Below, one piece after another: positions 46,073 to 54,193 of a stretch of 64,000 nucleotides of DNA. The notes below the pieces were generated by a model. The model had not been told where the DNA came from. It saw only the letters and a list, made by a program, of their open reading frames with translations, and did not search any database. Position numbers and translations under genes: made by a program. Each line of letters begins with the position of its first letter. Positions within the stretch are counted from its first letter, which is position 1. The DNA comes from a virus, in IMG/VR virus record IMGVR_UViG_3300020193_000004, positions 51,145 through 115,144 of that record. One strand, written 5' to 3'.

Positions 46073-49000
46073 CGACGTACTCCAGCGGCGGGTGAGGGTG
46101 CAGAGATAGCACGCGGCGGGCGTGTTCCGAACTCCGCTCCGTGCGCGAGCCCCGGGATCGGGTGCTCGTGGATGTTGGACTTCCAGCCCTGGGCGGCACC
46201 CTCGGTGTAGGTGTCCTTCAGGCGCTGGTAGTTGAGGCGCGCCATCCAGTCCTCGGTGCCGCTGAGCGGGACCTGGGTCATGGCGCGGAGCACCGGTGCG
46301 TGCGAGACCGTCTCGTGCCCTTCGGCTTCGGCCTCCGCGTTGTGCGCCTCGACGGCAGACAGCGGCACGACCTCGCCGCGACGGAACGGGCTGGCGTGCG
46401 GGGCATCGTGGATCTCGGCGAGGTTCGTCATCCCCCGCACGACGGTCTCGATGTTCCGCTGCCGCACCATCCCCTGGTAGGCTGTGGCCACCTCGTCCGT
46501 GATGTAGTTCCGGACGCGCCCGATGCTCTTCGTGTGGTGCAGCAGCTCGTGTGGATCCGTGGGGCCCGTGGAGAGCGCATCGCCGCGATGGACGCGAGCG
46601 CCGACCTTCACATGCTCGAGCAGGTGCCCGGTCACCACGCGGTGGGGCTTGCCTTCAATGACCACGGTGAATCCGCCGAGGGCGTCCGTGGAGATCTTCT
46701 CGACCACGCCTCCGACCGTGGCCAGGGTGGCGCGGTCCGGGAGCTTGTCCGGCAGCATGAACAGCTGCTTCACGCGCTTGAAGGAGTCGACAGCGGTCTT
46801 TGCCCCCGAGACGCCTCCCGTGTGGAAGGTCTTCATCGTGAGCTGGGTGATCGGCTCACCGAGCGCCTGGCCTGCGATGACCCCGATGTTCGTCCCGACG
46901 GCGTGCAGGGCCCCGCGCTCCGAGTGCCCATAGCACTTCGCACAGATGCCGCGCGGCATCCGGCAGAACAGCGGGGAGCGCGCCACTACCTCCTGCACAC
47001 CAGCGTTCCGCAGCTGAGAGACCAGCGCCGGCGTCACGAGAGTGCCCGCGGGGATGGCATGGCCGTCCGGGAGCTTGACGTCGGTGGCGAGGAAGCGGTC
47101 GACCAGGTCCACTGCGCCCACGCTGACCGTCTTGCCGGCCGTGGCCCCGCAATCTTCGCCCGTGATCTGGATGCCCATCGTGGTGTTCACGATGTCCTTC
47201 GTCACGGCACCAGGCTCCTTGGTGCCCTGCGCGCGGTCGATGGTGCCCTTGCGAGCACCGTGCATCGACGCCCAGTACTCGGAGACAGACAGTCCCTCAC
47301 CGAAGGACTTGGTGATGGGGACCGGCACGGGACGCTTCATCAGGTCGTCGACGAGGATGGGGGCGACGGTCAGCTGCGAGAACTGCCCCCAGTTGCCGCG
47401 CGCACCGGCCTGCGCCCACTCCCACACGCGGTTGTCACCCTGGTTGTAGCGGACCACCCCGAGCTGCTTCAGCTCGGCCTGTGCGTCCTGGTAGAGCTTG
47501 ACGATCTCCTGGTCACGCTTCCGGCTCGACATCGGCGTGGCGTGCAGCTTCTTCTCCTGCTCCCGGTACTTCTTCAGGACCTGGTCGCGGAACGCCGCGC
47601 CGTCGTGGAAGTCGTCGATCGAGAAGGAGCTCCCGTTCTTGAACGACATGGTGTTGCCCAGGTCCTTCCACGCATCGACGACGTGCGGGAAGGCCTGCTC
47701 GTGCTCCTTGCCAACGCGCGTGAGTAGCGCCTTCAGCCGCCCCGAGTCGAGGCGGAACGCGGGGTCGTGCAGGAGCTGCTCATGCTTCGCCATCTCGCCG
47801 GGAAGGTGCGCGGCCAAGGCCAGTCGACCGGGAGTCGTCTTCTTCCCATCGACCGTGATCACGTCCGACGGCTTCAGCTTCCCGTCGTGCATCATCTGGA
47901 CGGCCCGCTCGGCCGTGAGACCGGCGGGGGTCTTCGCCTCTTCGCCCCACTTGGTAGACTGGAAGAGCCCAAGCAGGGAGTCCTGATCGGGCACCGTCAT
48001 GAGTCCATAGGTAGTGGGCGAGAACAGGTTCTTGGAAGGGAGGACCTTCCGGGCCTCGTCGACCGCCTGCGGAGAGACGGGCACGTAGAGGGCCATCGTG
48101 TCGCCGTCGAAGTCCGCGTTGAAGCCCTTGGTCACCAGTGGGTGGATCTTGATGGCGCTGCCGTCCACGATCTTCGGGTTGAACGCCATGATGCTGAACT
48201 TGTGCAGGCCGGGGTCGCGCTTGAGGAACACCGGGTGGTCCGCGACGGCGCGCTCGAGTGCCGCGAGGACCTGAGGGTGGTCCCGCTTCTCGGTGGCCCA
48301 CTTGAGCGCGTCGATGTGCGTCTTCCCGCCCCGCACGAGCTCGCGGATCACGAAGGGCTTGTACATCTCCATAAGGATCGGGCGCGGGACTCCGACCTCG
48401 TCGAGCCCAAGCGTCGGCTCAGGGACGATCGTCGAGCGTCCGGAGAGATCCTGGCGCCGCGCAAGCACACCCTCCTGGAAGAAGCTCTCCTTCGGAGCCC
48501 CGCGATCCTCCGTCTTCCCGGAGAGGAGCTCCATGAGCCCCTGCATGTGCCGCGGCTTGCCGGTGCCTGCGGGAGAGGTCATGCCCTCGACACGGAGCGC
48601 CCTGATGCTGTTGTAGAGCTCAGCGCGTGCCTTCTGGGCCCCGGCGTGCGTCGACGACTTGTCGAGGTTCTTGAGGATGCCGTTGTTGTACCCGACGTTC
48701 AGGTACAAGGGATTCCGGTCGTCGGTCACTTGCTTGCCGTCGAGCCCGATGGACACGCGACGCACCGCGGGCGGCAGCACGGGCAGGTGCTGGTTCGTGT
48801 AGGCCTCGAGGGGCGACATGTCGTGCGCCTTGAGGGCCTCGAGGTACCGGATCTTCTTGAGCCCGCGGTTCAGATCGGTCCTGCTCGCCGTGGCCAGCTT
48901 CGCCTGCTCCGCCTTCAGTTCCTTGTCCACGTCGATGGCGGACAGCCGCGCGTTGATGATGTGGAACCCTGACTTCCCGCCGACCAGCCCCTTCTCGCTG

Positions 49001-49278
49001 GTGAGCATGTCGTATTCCTTCTTCGTCAGGCCCGTCAGGTTCTGGATGGCCCCCTCGAAGATGGGGTTCGGCATGCGCTCGGCGAGCGTCACGTGGCTCC
49101 AGAACTTGCCCTGGAGGCCGCCCGTGACGCGCGGGTCGAACAGGCCGCCCGACTCTTCGACGGTCCGCGCCCCGCGAGCGACGGTCTGCTTCTCCGGGAG
49201 CCGGATCTCTCCGTTCGAGATGCCGTGGATGCCGCGCTTCGTGTCGCCCAGCAGGTGCGCGTCCGTCATCGGCATCAT
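46069..49278 (-). CDS. Phage multisubunit RNA polymerase, beta'-like subunit
   Basis: FNADFDGD catalytic motif; LPVLPP, R.D.SGRS.I, R.P.LH, HGARKG, GEPITQLTMKTFHTGG, RSPLFC...CAKCYG. Confidence 0.95.
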   Translation of the reverse strand: MMPMTDAHLLGDTKRGIHGISNGEIRLPEKQTVARGARTVEESGGLFDPRVTGGLQGKFWSHVTLAERMPNPIFEGAIQNLTGLTKKEYDMLTSEKGLVGGKSGFHIINARLSAIDVDKELKAEQAKLATASRTDLNRGLKKIRYLEALKAHDMSPLEAYTNQHLPVLPPAVRRVSIGLDGKQVTDDRNPLYLNVGYNNGILKNLDKSSTHAGAQKARAELYNSIRALRVEGMTSPAGTGKPRHMQGLMELLSGKTEDRGAPKESFFQEGVLARRQDLSGRSTIVPEPTLGLDEVGVPRPILMEMYKPFVIRELVRGGKTHIDALKWATEKRDHPQVLAALERAVADHPVFLKRDPGLHKFSIMAFNPKIVDGSAIKIHPLVTKGFNADFDGDTMALYVPVSPQAVDEARKVLPSKNLFSPTTYGLMTVPDQDSLLGLFQSTKWGEEAKTPAGLTAERAVQMMHDGKLKPSDVITVDGKKTTPGRLALAAHLPGEMAKHEQLLHDPAFRLDSGRLKALLTRVGKEHEQAFPHVVDAWKDLGNTMSFKNGSSFSIDDFHDGAAFRDQVLKKYREQEKKLHATPMSSRKRDQEIVKLYQDAQAELKQLGVVRYNQGDNRVWEWAQAGARGNWGQFSQLTVAPILVDDLMKRPVPVPITKSFGEGLSVSEYWASMHGARKGTIDRAQGTKEPGAVTKDIVNTTMGIQITGEDCGATAGKTVSVGAVDLVDRFLATDVKLPDGHAIPAGTLVTPALVSQLRNAGVQEVVARSPLFCRMPRGICAKCYGHSERGALHAVGTNIGVIAGQALGEPITQLTMKTFHTGGVSGAKTAVDSFKRVKQLFMLPDKLPDRATLATVGGVVEKISTDALGGFTVVIEGKPHRVVTGHLLEHVKVGARVHRGDALSTGPTDPHELLHHTKSIGRVRNYITDEVATAYQGMVRQRNIETVVRGMTNLAEIHDAPHASPFRRGEVVPLSAVEAHNAEAEAEGHETVSHAPVLRAMTQVPLSGTEDWMARLNYQRLKDTYTEGAAQGWKSNIHEHPIPGLAHGAEFGTRPPRAISAPSPAAGVRR

Positions 49279-52200
49279 GACGTATCGTCGCCACGCTTCT
49301 CGGTGTTCACCCCCATGGCGCGTAGGTAGTGCTGGAAGTTGGTCATCCCACGCGAGGGCTGCGGCGGCGGGAGCGGACTCCCGGAGATCACGGCGGCCCA
49401 GGCGGCGTGCTGGTCCCCGTCGCTCTTGAAGGTGTAGGCCTCCCGGAGGTTCTGGTTCGCACCGTGCGCGAGCATCGCGTACGTCGTGAGCATGTCCATC
49501 TTCTGCCCGCCGCCAGGGACGCCGGAGCCCTTCGGGGCCTCCCCGGAGTGCGTGTAGCCGGTCGCGAAGGACCGACCGGTCATCTTCTTCTCGACCTGGT
49601 GATGCAGCTGCATCATGTACTGCTTGCCGACCATCACCTGCCCGACCGAGCGTCCGGTCTCCGGGTCGATGAGCTCTTCCGTATCGGAGAGCCCGTACCG
49701 TGCCAGATCCCGCTTGACCTGCGCGGCGTAGTCGACGCCGGGCACGAAGTTCTCCACGACGTAGGGCTTGCCGGTCTTGTCCGCGATCTTCGACGCGGCC
49801 GTCTCGAGCACCTGCCCCACGTTCATACGGCTGGGCACGCCCGCGGGGTTCAGGAGGACCTCGACGTGCTGCCCGTCCTTCGTGTGGGGCATCTGGGAGT
49901 CGGGGACGATGCGGCTGATGATGCCCTTGTTGCCGTGCCGCCCCGCCATCTTGTCACCGATCTCGAGCGGCTTGGACGTCTTCACGTGGACCGCGATCTG
50001 GCGCCGGTTCAGAGTCTCGTTGACGATGATCTTGACTACGGTCCCGGAGTACGGGTGGTCCCACAGGAGCGACACGTCCTTGTAGGGCTTCGCGAGGGAC
50101 TTGTGGATGCGCGCAGCGATCTTGTCGTCCTCGCTCATCTGCTTCGGGCTGAGGACGGCCACGAGGATGTCGCCGGTGTGTACAGGCGTCCCCTCCTTCA
50201 CGATCCCGCGGTCGTCGAGCTTGGCCAGGTGCTCCGGCGAAGCCGCGGCAGGGGTCGCGTAGTCCGCCCAGCGCGCCTTCGACCCGCCGGTGCCGCCGAG
50301 CATGCTCGCGTAGACCGTGATCTCCGAGACGTGCAGGTGGTCCGACGCCATCTTCTGCGCGGCGGACTCGGACACGACGATCCCGTCCTCGAAGGTCAGA
50401 CCCTTCCACGGGATGTAGGCCACCCGCAGATTGGCCCCCATCGCGAGCGCGCCGCCCTTCGTGTAGTTCGTGTCCGCGAGCAGCGTGCCCTTCTGTACGG
50501 TGTCGCCCGCCTTCACGAGCGGTGCAGCGTGGAGCGAGTTCTTCCCCCCGTTCAGCGGGAAGTGGTTGTAGACCGGGACCGCCACGGAGCCCGTGGGCGT
50601 CTGGACATGGATGGCGCCCGGCTCCACCTTCCTGACCACGCCGGCCACGGGCGACGTGTGCGAGACGAAGGAGCCCACAACCTGCTCGAAGGTCTGGGCG
50701 CCGTCCGTCTTCACCTGCACGAGCGGAGCTTCCCGGTGCACCAGTGCGAGCGCCTGCTCCTGCTGCTTGGCAGCCATCATGGCGCGGTTGCCGTTGTCGT
50801 TCTGGAGGAACGGGATGAGGTTCGCACTGAAGGAGAGCAGGGCCTTCGACGACGGGAGCACGTACCGGACCTTCGCCCAGGGACGCTTCGACGTGCGACG
50901 CTCCTCGTCGTAGCAGACGACCTCGTTCGACACCGGCTCGGGCATGCCCCGCACCCAGCGCACCTGGTCCGGGTAGGCCACGATGGCGTGCTCGAGGTCC
51001 GCCGGCGAGGCCAAGATCATCTTCCCCGTCTTCGTGTCGAAGACCTTTGTGCGTAGGTCCTGGCCGGAAGACGTCTTGCTCTTCGAGCCCTCGCGCACGT
51101 CGGCACGCGACATGTGGATCCCCAGGGGCAGGTTCAGCGCGATCCCGGTGTCCTCTCCCTCTGGGGTCTGGATCGGATCGATGAACCCAAGGTGCGTGGG
51201 GTTCAGTTCCTTGTCGGGGTCGAGGTTGATCTTGTCACTGCCGACGCCGCCAAAGTCCTTGCCGCGGATCGTCGTCCGCATGTGCCCCGAGAGGAACTGG
51301 AGCGGGTTGGTCTGGTCGGGCCGCTGCGCGTGGGCGAACGGTGCCAGGACGACCTTGTTGTAGGTGTTCGGCGACATGATCTGGTCGATGCCGTACTCGG
51401 GCTTGTCGATCCGGTCGCGCACCTGGCGCCGCAGCAGCGTCTCGTGATGGCGGATGGCCTCCACGACGAAGTCCTCGGTCGTGGTCAGGTACTTGGCCGA
51501 CAGCGCCTGTCGATCATCGGGGAGCTCGGACGGCGGCGGGTCTTCCTTCGTGCGTCCCTTCTGGATGTCCAGGAGCCGGCGCGAGGATGCGAGGAGGTTC
51601 TCGCCGTTGACGTTGGAGGACTCCCTGCCGAACGCCGACTTCATCGCGTCTGGCCAGACCTCGGTCTCCCTGTCGAAGTACTCGCGGACGCGCTGGGCAC
51701 GCGCCTGCGGCGTCCCGTGCGACCGGTCCTCGAGGCGCAGCCCGAGCGCTGCGAAGAGCTTGTCCACGTCCTTGTCGAGGTGGACCGCCTTCGTGTTGGC
51801 GGCGTAGACGGCGTTCCCCCAGGCGTGCTCGATCTCCGCATCCGTGACACCGAGTGTGCGAAGCACGGAGTAGAGCGGCAGGTTCGAGGTCCCCACCGAG
51901 AATGTCATCTTGCCGGCCTTGGGTTCGTAGCCGATGTCGAACCCGCGGCCGCGCGCCAGGTTCCAGCGCCCCTGGAGGTCGCCGTTGCCCGCAATGCGGT
52001 GGTAGGGGCGGGGCTTCGAGCGGAAGACGCTGTCGTGCTGTCGCTCCTGCCCCTCGATGATGTAGGAGTACCGGCGCGTCATCTTCGGGAGGCGTGCGAG
52101 CGTGACGAGCTTCTCCTCCACGAGGGCACCGCTCGTCTTGTCAACGAGACGCAGTCGTGCCCGGACCGGCACGCCCCAGGTCATACCGGTCGTCCGCGCG

Positions 52201-52385
52201 CGGAACTGCTCCTCAAGGTTGTCGACGTGATGGATGTCGGAGGAGATGGCCGCGCGGTCGTCGAAGACGATCTCAGCCAGCTCCAGCCGCCGCCGCGCCC
52301 CCTCGAACGGGAACTGCGCGCGGATCGCCTCGGCGGCGCGCTCCTTGAGACTCTCGAAAGCGGCTTCTGGGTTAAGGTTCGGCAT
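49275..52385 (-). CDS. Phage multisubunit RNA polymerase, beta-like subunit
   Basis: LPKMT, DPIQTPEG..G, LIPFLQNDNGNRAMM...Q.QA, G.TFEDG, GDKMAGRHGNKG, LNPAGVPSRMNVGQ, GGQK; start moved to MPNLNP (52385). Confidence 0.95.
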   Translation of the reverse strand: MPNLNPEAAFESLKERAAEAIRAQFPFEGARRRLELAEIVFDDRAAISSDIHHVDNLEEQFRARTTGMTWGVPVRARLRLVDKTSGALVEEKLVTLARLPKMTRRYSYIIEGQERQHDSVFRSKPRPYHRIAGNGDLQGRWNLARGRGFDIGYEPKAGKMTFSVGTSNLPLYSVLRTLGVTDAEIEHAWGNAVYAANTKAVHLDKDVDKLFAALGLRLEDRSHGTPQARAQRVREYFDRETEVWPDAMKSAFGRESSNVNGENLLASSRRLLDIQKGRTKEDPPPSELPDDRQALSAKYLTTTEDFVVEAIRHHETLLRRQVRDRIDKPEYGIDQIMSPNTYNKVVLAPFAHAQRPDQTNPLQFLSGHMRTTIRGKDFGGVGSDKINLDPDKELNPTHLGFIDPIQTPEGEDTGIALNLPLGIHMSRADVREGSKSKTSSGQDLRTKVFDTKTGKMILASPADLEHAIVAYPDQVRWVRGMPEPVSNEVVCYDEERRTSKRPWAKVRYVLPSSKALLSFSANLIPFLQNDNGNRAMMAAKQQEQALALVHREAPLVQVKTDGAQTFEQVVGSFVSHTSPVAGVVRKVEPGAIHVQTPTGSVAVPVYNHFPLNGGKNSLHAAPLVKAGDTVQKGTLLADTNYTKGGALAMGANLRVAYIPWKGLTFEDGIVVSESAAQKMASDHLHVSEITVYASMLGGTGGSKARWADYATPAAASPEHLAKLDDRGIVKEGTPVHTGDILVAVLSPKQMSEDDKIAARIHKSLAKPYKDVSLLWDHPYSGTVVKIIVNETLNRRQIAVHVKTSKPLEIGDKMAGRHGNKGIISRIVPDSQMPHTKDGQHVEVLLNPAGVPSRMNVGQVLETAASKIADKTGKPYVVENFVPGVDYAAQVKRDLARYGLSDTEELIDPETGRSVGQVMVGKQYMMQLHHQVEKKMTGRSFATGYTHSGEAPKGSGVPGGGQKMDMLTTYAMLAHGANQNLREAYTFKSDGDQHAAWAAVISGSPLPPPQPSRGMTNFQHYLRAMGVNTEKRGDDTS

Positions 52386-52410
52386 CTGTGAAGAGCGCTC
52401 CACTACTGGC

Positions 52411-52416
52411 CATAAG
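52411..52416 (+). promoter_or_regulatory. CATAAG candidate promoter element
   Basis: Divergent gap upstream of a plus-strand island. Confidence 0.45.
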
Positions 52417-52436
52417 AGCCATGACGGAGGTAGCCT

Positions 52437-52688
52437 GTGACTCAAAGTTCTACCACGCCCCGGAAGCGCGCGCTGCATGACAAGACGGCGGGGGCGCACC
52501 GGTCCACCCTGTCAGAGTTCGCGAGTTTGGTACACCAGATGGTATCGGGGCCGATGGCCCAGGAGGATGTCGTAGATGAGCACGCTCGAGTGGATGCTCC
52601 TGTTCGCCTTCATCAGCGGGGTGGCCACCGGCCTCGCGGAGTACGGGGCCGGGCTGTTGCCGCGGATTGGAAGGAAGAGACGGAGTAG
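52437..52688 (+). CDS. Hypothetical protein (an overlapping 40-aa hydrophobic ORF at 52576-52698 is an alternative)
   Basis: GGAG upstream of GTG; reading frame ambiguous. Confidence 0.35.
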   Translation: MTQSSTTPRKRALHDKTAGAHRSTLSEFASLVHQMVSGPMAQEDVVDEHARVDAPVRLHQRGGHRPRGVRGRAVAADWKEETE

Positions 52689-52690
52689 GT

Positions 52691-53086
52691 ATGCCTGAGC
52701 GCCGCAAGGCGTCACCCCTGCGAGAACTACGCGATCAGCTGAGTCCGCGAGTACGCCGGGCGCCGACAGCACTACGGGTAGATCCAACACTGCCTGGTGA
52801 GGCAGGTGAAGAGACGCTGGTCTTCTGCCCGAAGCTGAAGCACGCAACGCAGTACCTGCGCCGGCGGCTGCCGCCGGGGCGGTACAACCGCGGCGGGATG
52901 TGTGGGGACGTGAACTGCGGCAGGTGCCCCGTGCTGTTGGCAGATCTGGAGGAGCGATCGCCCGACTACGCGTGGGTGTGCTCCTCGTGCACGGACGGGT
53001 TCTACATCGAGCCGTACTGGACTGACGGGGCCTGCGTGGCCTGTGGCTTCCAGAGCTCGGTCTTGATGCTCGCCACCCCCAGGTAG
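52691..53086 (+). CDS. Cys-rich (Zn-binding) hypothetical protein
   Basis: CGRC, CSSC, CVAC; GGAG RBS; start ATG 52691. Confidence 0.6.
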   Translation: MPERRKASPLRELRDQLSPRVRRAPTALRVDPTLPGEAGEETLVFCPKLKHATQYLRRRLPPGRYNRGGMCGDVNCGRCPVLLADLEERSPDYAWVCSSCTDGFYIEPYWTDGACVACGFQSSVLMLATPR

Positions 53087-53153
53087 GGGAGCGAGTCCGA
53101 CCTCCGCAGCAATATCTGGCGTAACACGGCTATAAGATAATCAGGAGGTAGAA

Positions 53154-53360
53154 ATGGTGGACAGCCTGATGACGTGGATGTGGTTCTTCACGACCGGACC
53201 CATCTCGACCATAAGAACAGTTTTGAGAGCTATGAGGCGGCCGCCTCATCAGGAGGGACCGCCGCCTCATCAGGAGGGACCGCCGCCTCATCAGGAGGGA
53301 CCGCCGCCTCATCAGGAGGGACCGCCGCCTCATCAGGAGGGACCGCCGCCTCATCAGTAG
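53154..53360 (+). CDS. Small ORF ending in (PPPHQEG)n
   Basis: AGGAGG RBS and upstream TATAAG; the C-terminal half is the tandem repeat. Confidence 0.45.
   Translation: MVDSLMTWMWFFTTGPISTIRTVLRAMRRPPHQEGPPPHQEGPPPHQEGPPPHQEGPPPHQEGPPPHQ
53240..53357 (+). repeat. Perfect 21-bp tandem repeat GCCGCCTCATCAGGAGGGACC, 5.6 copies, overlapping an 18-bp palindrome (53232-53249)
   Basis: Seen directly. Confidence 0.95.
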
Positions 53361-54193
53361 AGGCTGCGCAGCGCGGCGCGCAGCGCGCCACCTGCGCGGG
53401 AGGCCTCTCCCCTAAGATAGCGGGATGTCCTTGATGCCTCCCCAGCGATTCGGCTGGGGAGGCTCGGGGCCTGCATGTGCTGGAAGAAATGCTCGGCGTT
53501 CGCCGCCGCTGCCTGTGGTGACATGCCGTGGTGCGAAACCAGGCGGGCCTGCACTTTCTTAGCAGTCGAAGAACCGAAGCGCTCCGAACGCGCAAGGGCC
53601 GCGCGATCGACCGCGGAGGACTCGGGGCGCAGCCGATCGAGATCCGCGTGCAGTCCGTCCCTTTTCAGCTTCATCCCGGAGAGATGGTGCTCCCGCCCGG
53701 AAATAAGTCCGCCCCCGTATCCGTGCTCCTTCCCCTTCATGACACCGCGCAGGCGTGTCACCTGGCCCTCCCGCTCGGGACGTTCCATGTGTGCCCCGAT
53801 GTCCATCAGCTGGTGGTGCCCCTCTCCAAGGTTCATCAAACCGCGGTGTGCGCGCGCACCGGAAAGGGGACTTCCCTTGGTGGCGATGGACTTGGCGATA
53901 TCGTGCACTGCCAAGTCCTGTTTCTGCGCGACATTCTTGCCGACCATCGATCGCGTCTGCGACCCGGGAAAGGAGTGCAAGGGATCCGTATGTGGCAGCC
54001 ACGGATGACGAATGCCGCTATCCACCTTCAGGGCGCCGCGCTGGATCGTAGACGCGACCGCTGGCGACGGAGCGCCGCTACCCACTGACTTCGCCGCGAT
54101 GTCTGCGAGCTGCGCGTGCTCCTCGTTTCCATAAGCCAGCTTCTCGTAGGCAAGAGCGTAAGTATCGTAGACAGCAGAGGCAGTCTTGAACAT
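53354..54193 (-). CDS. MFKTA-leader protein with Zn-dependent phospholipase C/P1 nuclease/Het-C-like domain
   Basis: EKLA followed by YGNEEH; GALKVD; DPLH; LGEGHHQLMDIGAH. Confidence 0.55.
   Translation of the reverse strand: MFKTASAVYDTYALAYEKLAYGNEEHAQLADIAAKSVGSGAPSPAVASTIQRGALKVDSGIRHPWLPHTDPLHSFPGSQTRSMVGKNVAQKQDLAVHDIAKSIATKGSPLSGARAHRGLMNLGEGHHQLMDIGAHMERPEREGQVTRLRGVMKGKEHGYGGGLISGREHHLSGMKLKRDGLHADLDRLRPESSAVDRAALARSERFGSSTAKKVQARLVSHHGMSPQAAAANAEHFFQHMQAPSLPSRIAGEASRTSRYLRGEASRAGGALRAALRSLY

Noticed and set aside
46069-52385. Host rpoBC operon or bacterial chromosome
   Set aside because: Subunits are reduced and divergent, flanked by phage structural genes, with no ribosomal protein genes nearby
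53240-53357. Possible CRISPR array
   Set aside because: The repeats are contiguous with no unique spacers, and no cas genes are present
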